Assembly (NCBI GenBank): GCA_963719225.1
Contig: CAVRAY010000002.1
Location: forward strand, 736,001 to 800,000
Direction: 5' to 3'
DNA from: Thermoanaerobaculia bacterium
Lineage (GTDB): Bacteria; Acidobacteriota; Thermoanaerobaculia; UBA5066
DNA: 64,000 bases
Part shown: positions 28,968 to 38,007 of the stretch, piece after piece
How positions within the stretch are numbered: the stretch's first letter is position 1
Layout: each line of letters begins with the position of its first letter
Notes under the pieces: model-generated
Databases searched by the model: none
The model's input: the letters and a program-made list of their open reading frames with translations, nothing else
Told to the model about the DNA's origin: nothing
Made by a program: the position numbers and the translations under genes

Positions 28968-31544
28968 TCAGCGCCGGACGGGAGCGGAGGTGCGGCGGAT
29001 GCCCAGGACGAGGAGCGCCGCGAGCGCGCCCGCGGCCGCGAGGGCCGCGAGGCCCGCGGACCACGGGGCCGAGACCGCCCGGATCGGCGCGATCGAGCCG
29101 TCTCCCACGAGGACGAACGCGGCCCACGCCGCGGCCGGGCGGCCTTGGGCCTGCAGCGTCCGCTGCGCAGCGGCGACAGCCGCGGACGCGGTGCGCCCCT
29201 CGGCGAGGCTCGCGGTGAACGCTCTCGAGAACTCCTCGGCCTCGTCGTCCCGCACGGACCAGAGCGTCCCGAGGACGGCGCGGGCGCCGCCGAGCAGGAA
29301 CGCAGACGCGAGTCCGAGAAAGCCGTCGCCAGCCGCGTACGTACCGGTCGTACTCCCGCAGGCCGCAAGGACGACGAGCTGGCCGCGGAGGGGGAGCCCG
29401 CGGATCTCCTCGAGGCTCAGCCGCCCGTCCTCGCCGTCACCTGGCGCCAGGAGCAGGGCGGTGCGGTCGGGACTCTCGTCGTCCACGAGCGCGTGGGCCC
29501 CGAGGTGGAGGACGCCGTAAGACGCGAACGCCGCCTTCTTGAGCGCGTGCTCGCTCGCTGCGTCGCCGACGAGGAGTCGGCTACCCGGTCCGGCGCGGGC
29601 CACGAGTGCCCGTCCTTCCCAACGCGCGAACGCAAGCGGCCCGAGCCGCCCCGACCGCTCGGCCGGTCCCGCCTCGGGGGATCCCGCGGCCGGCAGGCTC
29701 GGATCCGCGAAGGAGAGCGCGGCGGGCGCCGCGGGGGCGAGAGTGCGCAGGCGGAGCCATACGGTCGCGGACGGAATCGAGACGATCTCGAACCGCGAGG
29801 CAATTGGCTCGGCGTCGGGAGCCGGCCTCAGGAGGCCCAGCGGCAGGACGTGGAGAGCCCTGTCGGGAACGACGAGGAGGCGTTTCACGCCGGCTGGAAG
29901 AGAGGACACCGCGTCCTTGAGGAGCGTGTCGTAGAGGGCGGCGGCCCCGGCGGTCTCCCGTCCGTGGCGGCCTTCGACGAGTCCGACGAACAGGTCGGCC
30001 GCGTCGCTGAGCCGCATTCGGTGCGTCTTCAGCCGGAAGACGTTGACCGCTTGGCTCGAGACCGCGAAGGCCCACGAGCCGCCGTCGAACGCGGACGACA
30101 CGTCCGAGTGCTCGGCATTGATGAGAAAGGCCACGAGCGCCTCGTCCGGCGCGAGCGCCGCCCGCACGTCGTCCAGCGAAGCGAAGTCCGGCGCGACATC
30201 GTCTATCCGGGCGGCCGCATCGAGGGAGTCGAGGAGGTTGCGCGCCTTCATGCGCTCGGAGATCCGGAAGGCCTGAGCAACCTCGGCGGCCGGGACGTCC
30301 CCGGGCCGGTCGAGCAGGGCCCCCGAGAGGATGTAACCGGCCGCGCGGTAGTAGAGGGAGCTCCACGCCGCAAAGCGAACCGCGCGTGAGCTCGCCCGCG
30401 CCGGCCCGGCACGCGTCGCTTCCGCCGCGTCGAGGCTCGCGAGCGAAGCCCGGATCGCCTCCTCTCGCGGTCCGGAATCCCAGAGGGCGCGGGAGAGGAC
30501 GAAGGCGCAGCGCGCCTCCTCCGTCGCGTCGCCGGCCTTCCTTGCGCTTCTCACCGCCTCCCGCAGGAGATCGAGGCCCTTGCGGTCGCCGCTCCTCGCG
30601 AGGCGGAATCCCGCGGCTCGGAGCGCCATCCGGATCTGCCCGGCGTCGCCGAGCCGCCGCGCCGCGTCCAGCCCCAGGAGCGCGTGCCTGAGGCCGTCGT
30701 CCCCGTCGTCGACCTCGGCGAGCGTGAAGCGTGCGGTCACCTCGGCCCTGAGGTTGCCGGAGCGCGTCGCCCGCTCGAGCGCCTCCTCGGCGAGAGCGCG
30801 CTTCTCCCGGGGGTCCCGCGACGAGAAGGTCATGTTCGCGAGGACGCCGGCGATCCGCCCGGTTTCCCCGAGCCGCCCGAGCACCTCGATCTGCCGCCGA
30901 TAGGCGTCGAGGCTCTCCGGCCACATGCCCGTGGCCCAGAGGAGAACGGCCCGGGTTTCGTGCCACTCCGCCAGGAGATTGTCGTCGCCGGACGCGCGCG
31001 CGGCCTCGTCTCCCGCATCCAGTCGCTTGAGTGCGCCGAGCGGGTCGTTGCGGCGGTAGGCGAGGAGCGCCTCCCCGTTCCGCACGCGGGCGACCGCGTC
31101 GGGACGTCCGGACCTCGTCGCGACCGCGTCCGCACGGCCGAGCTCCTTTTCGGCCTCGGCAAACCGCCGGCTCCTCGAGAAGAAGTCGGCGAGCGCCGTG
31201 CTCGCGGCGACCTCTCCCCGGAGGTCTCCCGCGGCTTCGAACGCTGCTGCCGCGCTTCCGAGGGTCGCCTCGGCCTCCGGCGCACCCGTGACCGCCTCCA
31301 CCTTTCCGAGGGAACGAAGGAGCCAGCCGCCCGCACGTCCCTCTTCCCTCAGAGAGGAAAGCCGCGCTCTCACGGCCTGAGCGGCGGCGGGATTCCACGT
31401 CTTCCGGTCGAAGCACCTCGCCGCGCTCTCCTCGTCTGACCCGCGAAGCAGCCGCTCGCAGTCGTCGAGCGTGGCGCCGGACGACGGCGCGGCCGCGAGC
31501 GCGGCACAGACGACGGCCGTTCGGAGCTCGGCGGACAACGTCAC
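28968..31544 (-). CDS. TPR-CHAT (caspase-like) protease with predicted signal peptide and C-terminal TM helix
   Basis: TPR-like helices; ERMKAR.LL, LLVVPD.ALH.LP, catalytic VLHLGAH and LVVLAAC, GARAVLGTLWSV.D, WAAFVLVG; hydrophobic C-terminus. Confidence 0.88.
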   Translation of the reverse strand: MTLSAELRTAVVCAALAAAPSSGATLDDCERLLRGSDEESAARCFDRKTWNPAAAQAVRARLSSLREEGRAGGWLLRSLGKVEAVTGAPEAEATLGSAAAAFEAAGDLRGEVAASTALADFFSRSRRFAEAEKELGRADAVATRSGRPDAVARVRNGEALLAYRRNDPLGALKRLDAGDEAARASGDDNLLAEWHETRAVLLWATGMWPESLDAYRRQIEVLGRLGETGRIAGVLANMTFSSRDPREKRALAEEALERATRSGNLRAEVTARFTLAEVDDGDDGLRHALLGLDAARRLGDAGQIRMALRAAGFRLARSGDRKGLDLLREAVRSARKAGDATEEARCAFVLSRALWDSGPREEAIRASLASLDAAEATRAGPARASSRAVRFAAWSSLYYRAAGYILSGALLDRPGDVPAAEVAQAFRISERMKARNLLDSLDAAARIDDVAPDFASLDDVRAALAPDEALVAFLINAEHSDVSSAFDGGSWAFAVSSQAVNVFRLKTHRMRLSDAADLFVGLVEGRHGRETAGAAALYDTLLKDAVSSLPAGVKRLLVVPDRALHVLPLGLLRPAPDAEPIASRFEIVSIPSATVWLRLRTLAPAAPAALSFADPSLPAAGSPEAGPAERSGRLGPLAFARWEGRALVARAGPGSRLLVGDAASEHALKKAAFASYGVLHLGAHALVDDESPDRTALLLAPGDGEDGRLSLEEIRGLPLRGQLVVLAACGSTTGTYAAGDGFLGLASAFLLGGARAVLGTLWSVRDDEAEEFSRAFTASLAEGRTASAAVAAAQRTLQAQGRPAAAWAAFVLVGDGSIAPIRAVSAPWSAGLAALAAAGALAALLVLGIRRTSAPVRR

Positions 31545-32191
31545 TCCACGGCCGTCACGAAGCTCGGGGACGCGAGGGCGGGCGCGCCGGGCACCTCCGC
31601 CCAAACCCTCCAGACGACCCGGGACCCCGAGGGGAGATTCGCGAGCAATCGTTCCTCCACCAGAAACTCGGGAGAGGCGAGACCCCTCGCGCGCGCGATC
31701 GGCGCGAGATTCTCGCGCGCGACGAGAACGGTGTAGCGCGAACCCGCGGGCCCCGGCGTCCAGCGGAGGCGGAACGAGGCGCGCGGAAGCGGACGTTCGG
31801 GTTCCAGAAGAGAACGCAGGTCGGGCCCGGAGCCCGCGCGATACGAGGGCGACTCCGCCGGGCGCAGCCGGGTGACGACCGCGAGCGAGGCGCCGAGGAA
31901 GAGAACCGCGGCCGCGGCGAGAAGCCACGGGGTGCGCAGGCCCGTTCTCGGGCCAGCGAAACCGGGCCGCGCCGAGGCGCGATCGGCCCAGGTTTTCACG
32001 TCCGGATGGAGGCGCACGAGCGCGGCGCAGTCCTCGCATGCGGCGAGATGCCTGGCGAAGGCCTTGCGTTCGGCGTGCGTGAGATCGCCCGCGGCCCCCC
32101 GTGCGAGGACTTCCGAGGACGGGCACTCCGCGTCCGCCGACGTCACGACTGACCGCCAGAGAGCCTCGAGTTCTTCAGGGGGCGGTCCCAT
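31541..32191 (-). CDS. zf-HC2 anti-sigma factor with TM helix and extracytoplasmic beta domain
   Basis: CP...L...HLAACEDC ZAS motif; TM WLLAAAAVLFLGASLAVV; overlaps both the sigma and CHAT genes. Confidence 0.85.
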   Translation of the reverse strand: MGPPPEELEALWRSVVTSADAECPSSEVLARGAAGDLTHAERKAFARHLAACEDCAALVRLHPDVKTWADRASARPGFAGPRTGLRTPWLLAAAAVLFLGASLAVVTRLRPAESPSYRAGSGPDLRSLLEPERPLPRASFRLRWTPGPAGSRYTVLVARENLAPIARARGLASPEFLVEERLLANLPSGSRVVWRVWAEVPGAPALASPSFVTAVE

Positions 32192-32732
32192 CGTTCTTGT
32201 CCCTCTTGCGGAGCTCGGTCCGCAGGTTATCGAGGCCGCGATACGCGAGGTTGCGCGCCTTCGCGGCGCTCCAGCCCATGATCCGCCCCACCTCGTCGGG
32301 CCCGAAGCCGCGCAGGTGAAGCCGGACCGCGGACCTCCTGGGCTCGGGCAGGGAATCGACCGCCCGGCGAAGCGTGGCGGCTCTCTCGCGCCGCAGCGCC
32401 TCGGCCTCGGGGCCGGGGTCCTTCGAGGCGTGGATTTTCGGCTCGGCGGCGTCGTCTCCGGACCGTCGCGTCTCCAGCGGTTCCTCCCGGCGGGTTCGGG
32501 CCGTCCGGACCGCATCCACGGTCGCGGTGAAGGCCACCCGACAGAGATAGGACGGAGGGTTCGTGATTTCTGTCCCACCTTCGAGCGCTCTCCAGACCCG
32601 GATCCGGGCCTCCTGCTCCACGTCGTCCACGAGGACCCCCGCCCGGCCCGGCGCGAGGCGCTCGATGGCGCGCCGCAGGAGGCTTCCGTACTCGTCCAGG
32701 AATTCCCGCAGACGCTCGTCGGGTGTCGGCAT
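32175..32732 (-). CDS. ECF RNA polymerase sigma factor
   Basis: DDVEQEARIRVW (region 2); LP...R.AVRL...G...EVG...ARN..YRG...LR (region 4). Confidence 0.9.
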   Translation of the reverse strand: MPTPDERLREFLDEYGSLLRRAIERLAPGRAGVLVDDVEQEARIRVWRALEGGTEITNPPSYLCRVAFTATVDAVRTARTRREEPLETRRSGDDAAEPKIHASKDPGPEAEALRRERAATLRRAVDSLPEPRRSAVRLHLRGFGPDEVGRIMGWSAAKARNLAYRGLDNLRTELRKRDKNDGTAP

Positions 32733-32745
32733 CCCGCCCGCGAGC

Positions 32746-34161
32746 CTAGTCGGGACTCTTCTCGCCGTCGAGGCCGAGGGCCTTCATCTTGCGGTGGAGC
32801 GTCGTGCGGTCGAGGCCGAGGCGCTCGGCCGCACGTGAGACGTTGCCCTTCGTCTCGGCGAGGACGCGCGCGAGGTAGCGCCTCTCGAAACTGTCCCTCG
32901 CCTCCGCGAGCGTGAGCGCCCCGGAGACGTCCTCGACCGCCTGCGTCCCGGAGACTGGGCGCGGCGTGCCTTCTTCGCGCGGGAGATCCGCCGCGCGCAC
33001 GCTTGCGCCGGGGGTCATGAGGAGGACGCGCTCGACGAGGTTTCGGAGCTCGCGGACGTTCCCGGGCCAGCGGCGCCTCGCGAGCGCCTCGAGCGCGGCG
33101 GGCTCGAACGTCTTCGCGCGGCGTCCGCGCGTCCGCGCGACGGACCCGGCGAAATGCTTCACGAGGAGCGGAACGTCCTCCGGACGCTCGGCGAGCGCGG
33201 GCACGCGGAGCGGCACGACCGCGAGCCGGAAGTAGAGATCCTCGCGGAACGTTCCCGCGCGGATCATCGCGGGAAGATCGCGGTTCGTCGCCGCCACGAT
33301 CCTCACGTCCGTCGCGACCGTCTTCGTGCCTCCGACGCGCGTGATCTTCCCGTCCTGGATCGCGCGGAGGATCTTCGCCTGCGTGCGGGGCGACATGTCG
33401 CCGATCTCGTCGAGGAAAAGGGTCCCGCCGTCGGCCTGCTCCCATTTGCCCTTGCGGTCCTCGAACGCGCCCGTGAACGAGCCTTTCACGTGGCCGAAGA
33501 GCTCGCTCTCGATGAGCTCCTCGGGAATCGCGGCGCCGTTCACCTCGATGAACGGGCCGGCGGCGCGCGGCGAGGCCCGGTGGAGAGCCCGCGCGACGAG
33601 CTCCTTGCCCGTCCCGCTCTCGCCCGTGATGAGGACGCGGGCGTCCGAGGCGCCCGCGCGCGCGATCTCGGACTTCAGGCCCGTCATCGCGCGGCCCTCT
33701 CCGAGAAGAACCTCTTCCTCGGCGGCGCGCGCGTCGCGGCTTGCGAGCTCGCGCCTCAGGTCGTCGCGCTCGCGCGCGAGCTGGGTCCGCTCGAGCGCCT
33801 TTTCGAGAGTCAGGAGGACGCGTTCGAGCGCGAGAGGCTTCTCGAGGAAGTCGTCCGCGCCGCGCTTGACGGCCGCGACGGCTGTCTCGACGGTCCCGTG
33901 CCCCGAGATCATGAGAATCGGGCCGGAGAAGCCGCCGGCGCGCAGGCGGTCGAGGACGGTCAGGCCGTCCACGTCCGGGAGCCAGACGTCGAGGAAGACG
34001 GCGTCCGGAGGCGTCTCGCCGAGCGCGTGCCGGACGGCCTCCTGACCGAGGCCCGCACCGTCCACCGCATACCCCTCGTCGCCGAGGATCTGGCCGAGCG
34101 TCTGCCTGATCCCGGGCTCGTCGTCGCACACGAGGACGCGTGTCGCGCTCCGGCCGCTCAT
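32746..34161 (-). CDS. Sigma-54-dependent response regulator, NtrX-like
   Basis: REC (CDDE, FLDVWLP, SGHG, EKP); AAA+ (GESGTGKE, ESELFGH.KGSFTGA, LFLDEIGDM, FREDLYFRL, WPGNVREL); Fis-type HTH. Confidence 0.92.
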   Translation of the reverse strand: MSGRSATRVLVCDDEPGIRQTLGQILGDEGYAVDGAGLGQEAVRHALGETPPDAVFLDVWLPDVDGLTVLDRLRAGGFSGPILMISGHGTVETAVAAVKRGADDFLEKPLALERVLLTLEKALERTQLARERDDLRRELASRDARAAEEEVLLGEGRAMTGLKSEIARAGASDARVLITGESGTGKELVARALHRASPRAAGPFIEVNGAAIPEELIESELFGHVKGSFTGAFEDRKGKWEQADGGTLFLDEIGDMSPRTQAKILRAIQDGKITRVGGTKTVATDVRIVAATNRDLPAMIRAGTFREDLYFRLAVVPLRVPALAERPEDVPLLVKHFAGSVARTRGRRAKTFEPAALEALARRRWPGNVRELRNLVERVLLMTPGASVRAADLPREEGTPRPVSGTQAVEDVSGALTLAEARDSFERRYLARVLAETKGNVSRAAERLGLDRTTLHRKMKALGLDGEKSPD

Positions 34162-34168
34162 GCTTGCT

Positions 34169-36358
34169 TCACGCGGCGGGCCACTCGAGGAGGAATCGGC
34201 ATCCGTGAGGCGCATTCTCCTCTACGCGCACGGTGCCGCCGTGCTCGGCCACGATCCGCGCGACGATCGCGAGGCCGAGCCCGGACCCGCGTCCCTTCGT
34301 CGAATAGTCGGCGTCGAAGATGCGTGCGCGGTCCGCCGGCGCGATTCCGGGCCCGTCGTCCTCGACGCTGAGGACGGCCCGTCCCGCGGCGACCCGCGCG
34401 GCGATGCGCACGTGCCCGCCCTCGCGCGTCGCGGCGACGGCGTTGTCGACGAGGTTGATGAGCGCGCGTCGGAGCTGCGCGGCGTCGGCGTTCGCGAGCG
34501 AGCCGCCGGAGGACTCCTCGGCCGTCACGGCGATCCCCCGCTTGACGCCGTCGTAGAGCTTCGCGACCTGCGCGACGACGGCGCCGAGATCGGTCGGCTC
34601 GAGGACGGCCGCCGGCAGCCGCGCGAACCGTTGGAACGTGTCGACGAGCGCCGCGAGCGCCGTGACTTCCTGGACGATCGTCGTGGCCCCCTCCTCGACG
34701 ACGCGCGGGAGTCCGTCGCCCGAGTCGGGCGACGCCGCGGCGCGGCGGCGCATGCGCTCGGCGGCGAGGCGGATCGGCGTCAGGGGGTTCTTGATCTCGT
34801 GCGCCATGCGGCGCGCGGCCTCCTCCCACGCCGACGCGCGCTCGGCCGCGACGAGGGCCGTCGTGTCCTCGAGCGTCACGATGCAGGGGCCGGCGCGACC
34901 GGTCTCCGGGGAGGGGGCCTGCGCGAGGTGGGCCTCGAGGACGCGGCGGCCGATCTTGAGCGTCTCCTCCCGCGGGCCGGTCCCGCGGGCGCGGTCGAGG
35001 AACTCGCGGAGCGGGGCGAGCGGCTCGGGAGCGAGGAGCTCGTCCACGCGGTCGAAGGTCTCGGGCGCCTCGCGGCCGAGCAGCCGGCGGGCCGTGTCGT
35101 TCAGGAACGCGAGCCGCCCGTCCTCGAAGAAGGCCACGACGCCCGCGTCGAGGCGCTCGAGGATCGACCCGAAGCGGTGTCTCTGCTCGTCGAGCAGACG
35201 GTTCGTCGTCTCGAGCTCCGCGTTCGCCGCGACGAGCTCGGCGCGGCGGCGCCTGAGCTCGGAGGTCATCGCGTTGAAGGCCCGCGAGAGCGCGCCGATC
35301 TCGTCGCCGCCCTCGACCTCGACGAGCGCGTCGAAGTCGCCCGCGCCGACGCGGCGCGCCGACGCCGCGAGCGCCGCGATGGGCCGGGTGACGCGTCGCG
35401 CGAGCAGGAGGCCGACCCAGACGGCGGCGAGCAGGACGAGGAACGCGAGGAGGAGGAAGAGGAGGACCTGGACGGCCTCGAGCGAGGCGCGCTCGGCCCG
35501 CAGCATCGCGTAGGCCGACGTCGCCCGCGAGAGCTGGCGGATCGGCTCGGCGTCGGCGGGCGGCTCGTAGGTCCCGACGATGAGGATCCCGGTCGGGGCC
35601 GCGAAGACCGTGCGCCCGATCTGCCCCCCGTCGCGCGTCGCCTCGATCCGGCGGGACGCGCCGCGCGCCTTCGCGTCCACGATCCATTCGGCCCCGGGGT
35701 CGGTGATTTCCGGCACGGGCCAGCGCGGCGTGCCTACGGCCACGGGCGGGAAACCGGGTCTTCGCCACTCGAGGTAGTCGACGCCGGACTCCTCGCGCGC
35801 CGCCGAGAGGACGGCGACGAGATCCCTGCCGGCAGGGGACGCGAGCCGCGGGAGGAGGCGGTCCGCCGTGCGGCGCTCGAGGGCCGCCGCCCGCGCCCGT
35901 ACGAGGTCCGCGACCTGGCGGCCGGCGCGGATCGTGTTCTCGACGGGCGGCGCGAACCAACGCTCGACGCTCTTCTGGAGGAGGCCCGTCGTCGGGAGGA
36001 TGAGGAGCGAGATCGGGAGGAGCGCGAGCCCGACATACGCCACGACGACGCGCACCCGGAAACGCGAGCCGAAGACGCCGCGCCGCGCCTCGAGGACGAG
36101 CTTGACGCCGTTGCGCACGAGAACGAAGAGGAGCGCGAGGATGAGGACGACGACGATGTAGAAGAGGACGAACAGGAGCACCCGGTTCGTGGCGGCGGCG
36201 GCCGTGAGCTCGCGCGTGCGGAGCACGAGCGCGTAGCCGCCCGCGAGCGCGGCGCCGAACGCGAGCCCGATCGCGAGGAGAATCCGGTTGTCGCGCGTCC
36301 AGCGGTACGGCGGGACGGGCGGGACGGATTCCGTCAGCGGGCGCCGCTCGTCGTCCAT
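34169..36358 (-). CDS. NtrY-like sensor histidine kinase (TM-HAMP-PAS-HisKA-HATPase)
   Basis: HAMP (DEIGALSRAFNAM), AW.EAARRMAHEIKNPLTPI, NLVDNA, DDGPGI, GSGLGL; start may instead be at 36337. Confidence 0.92.
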   Translation of the reverse strand: MDDERRPLTESVPPVPPYRWTRDNRILLAIGLAFGAALAGGYALVLRTRELTAAAATNRVLLFVLFYIVVVLILALLFVLVRNGVKLVLEARRGVFGSRFRVRVVVAYVGLALLPISLLILPTTGLLQKSVERWFAPPVENTIRAGRQVADLVRARAAALERRTADRLLPRLASPAGRDLVAVLSAAREESGVDYLEWRRPGFPPVAVGTPRWPVPEITDPGAEWIVDAKARGASRRIEATRDGGQIGRTVFAAPTGILIVGTYEPPADAEPIRQLSRATSAYAMLRAERASLEAVQVLLFLLLAFLVLLAAVWVGLLLARRVTRPIAALAASARRVGAGDFDALVEVEGGDEIGALSRAFNAMTSELRRRRAELVAANAELETTNRLLDEQRHRFGSILERLDAGVVAFFEDGRLAFLNDTARRLLGREAPETFDRVDELLAPEPLAPLREFLDRARGTGPREETLKIGRRVLEAHLAQAPSPETGRAGPCIVTLEDTTALVAAERASAWEEAARRMAHEIKNPLTPIRLAAERMRRRAAASPDSGDGLPRVVEEGATTIVQEVTALAALVDTFQRFARLPAAVLEPTDLGAVVAQVAKLYDGVKRGIAVTAEESSGGSLANADAAQLRRALINLVDNAVAATREGGHVRIAARVAAGRAVLSVEDDGPGIAPADRARIFDADYSTKGRGSGLGLAIVARIVAEHGGTVRVEENAPHGCRFLLEWPAA

Positions 36359-36915
36359 TCGAAGATTCCGGACCGCGCCCAGGCGGTCTCGTCGCTCGTC
36401 GGCACGACCCCGAGGGAGACGCCGCTGCCGTAGCGGCAGCGCAGGCGCACGACGAGCCTCTTGCCGAGGAGGTGGTCCCCCATCGTGAAGACGGGGATGC
36501 CGGGCACCCGCGTGAGGGCTGCCGCTGCTTCGTCCCGGGACGGGAGGATCTGGGTGTCGAGGAGACGCGCGTCGAGACGCCGCTCGACGAGGTAGTCGGA
36601 CGTGTCGGGACGGTAGGTCGCCGTCACGGCGTAGCGCCGCTCGTCCTTGACGGTGTCCCACCAGATGTTCCGGAAGAGGAGAAGCCGGATCGTCCACGTG
36701 ACGGTCGTCGGCAGTCCGGACGCAAGGCGCTGGCGCGCCTGCCCGGGCAGGCCGGGAGCGAGATTCGCCTCGACGTGGAGCTCGCGGCCCGTCACCCAGC
36801 TCGAGACGCCCGGCACGACCGGAGCTTCGGTCTCCGTCTGGGCAGGAGCGGCCGCGCGGAGCGCGAGGAGGGCTCCGATGAGGAGCGACGATCGGCGGTC
36901 CGGGCGCGACGGCAC
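36334..36915 (-). CDS. DUF4390-like periplasmic protein
   Basis: Signal peptide; L.SGLP....W.I.L...R..WWD pattern; sits upstream of ntrY-ntrX as typical for this family. Confidence 0.7.
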   Translation of the reverse strand: MPSRPDRRSSLLIGALLALRAAAPAQTETEAPVVPGVSSWVTGRELHVEANLAPGLPGQARQRLASGLPTTVTWTIRLLLFRNIWWDTVKDERRYAVTATYRPDTSDYLVERRLDARLLDTQILPSRDEAAAALTRVPGIPVFTMGDHLLGKRLVVRLRCRYGSGVSLGVVPTSDETAWARSGIFEWTTSGAR

Positions 36916-36924
36916 CCCGGAACT

Positions 36925-37797
36925 TTAGCGGTTTGCGTGGAGAGCTGCGGCGTCGCTTCCGCGGCGTGCCGCGAGGGCCTCCTCGCGGAGGCGCGCCGCG
37001 AGGGCGGCGTGCATCGCGTGGCCGGCCTTGTGGGCGACCACGTGGCCCGTGACGGGCCGCCCGACGAGCGCGAGGTCGCCGAGCAGGTCGAGGACCTTGT
37101 GGCGCACGAACTCGTCCGGGAAGCGAAGCGCGCCGTTCTCGACGCGGTCCTCGCCGACGATGATGCAGTTCTCGGCGGAGGCGCCGCGGGCGAGGCCGTG
37201 CTGCTTGAGGTGCTCGTACTCGGAGAGGAACCCGAACGTGCGCGCGGGCGCGACGTGCGTCGCGTACGTCTCGCCCGTGAGGACGACGGTGAGCGACTGG
37301 CGGCCGATCGCGGGGCTCGGGAAGTCGATCGTGTACGTCACGCGAAGGTCGCGCGCGGGCCGGATCTCGAGCTTGCGGCCGCCCGCCGCGGCGACGGACA
37401 CGACGTGCGCGGGCGTGAACGGGTCGCGCAGCGCCGCAAGGGGGGCGAGGCCGGCTTTCGCGAACGCCTCGAGCCACGGCCGGGCGCTTCCGTCGAGGAT
37501 CGGCACCTCCGGCCCGTCGACCTCGACGAGGAGGTTGTCGATCCCGGCCCCGACGACGGCCGAGAGAAGGTGCTCGACCGTGCTCAGGTCGCGCCCGCGC
37601 TCGCCGAGGGTCGTCGCGTGGTCGAACCGGCCAGCGGTCTCGGCAATGGCGGGGACGAAGGCGTCCACGTCCGTGCGCCAGAAGACGATCCCGTGGTCCG
37701 CCCCGGCGGGCCGGAGCACGACGTTCACGTGGCGGCCGCTGTGGAGGCCGATCCCCGAGAGTCGGACCGGCCGGGCAAGCGTCGTCTGTACGAGCAT
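36925..37797 (-). CDS. lpxC: UDP-3-O-acyl-N-acetylglucosamine deacetylase
   Basis: Q.TL...G.GLHSG, TVEHLLSA, EVPILDGSA, APARTFGF, EFVRHKVLDLLGDL, KAGH. Confidence 0.95.
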   Translation of the reverse strand: MLVQTTLARPVRLSGIGLHSGRHVNVVLRPAGADHGIVFWRTDVDAFVPAIAETAGRFDHATTLGERGRDLSTVEHLLSAVVGAGIDNLLVEVDGPEVPILDGSARPWLEAFAKAGLAPLAALRDPFTPAHVVSVAAAGGRKLEIRPARDLRVTYTIDFPSPAIGRQSLTVVLTGETYATHVAPARTFGFLSEYEHLKQHGLARGASAENCIIVGEDRVENGALRFPDEFVRHKVLDLLGDLALVGRPVTGHVVAHKAGHAMHAALAARLREEALAARRGSDAAALHANR

Positions 37798-37809
37798 CGC
37801 GCAAAGGAG

Positions 37810-37825
37810 TGCATGGTGGGTGCCA
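37810..37825 (-). promoter_or_regulatory. Putative sigma-54 promoter of lpxC
   Basis: Minus strand reads TGGCACCCACCATGCA (GG-N10-GC), placing +1 within a few bases of the lpxC ATG. Confidence 0.7.
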
Positions 37826-37884
37826 CGCTGAACAGAATGACGAGTCAAGGACTTCCGGGGCTTCGACGCGGCGCAGCCTCGGAA

Positions 37885-37906
37885 GGTGAGGCGAAAATGC
37901 CTCACC
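37885..37906. promoter_or_regulatory. Perfect inverted repeat, candidate enhancer (UAS) for a sigma-54 activator
   Basis: GGTGAGGC-GAAAAT-GCCTCACC, with an extra TGAGGCGAA half-site at 37908; about 90-110 bp upstream of lpxC. Confidence 0.55.
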
Positions 37907-38007
37907 ATGAGGCGAACGCGCAACGGTCATGCGCCCCGCCGATTCGCCTTCCCGGACGTCGTCGCCAACTCCCGACTGCTATTCTCGGATGTCCCCCGGA
38001 GGAACCC

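Noticed and set aside
28968-32732. Type III-E CRISPR (Craspase) accessory locus
   Set aside because: No Cas7-11, Csx30/31 or array nearby; the anti-sigma is a membrane zf-HC2 type.
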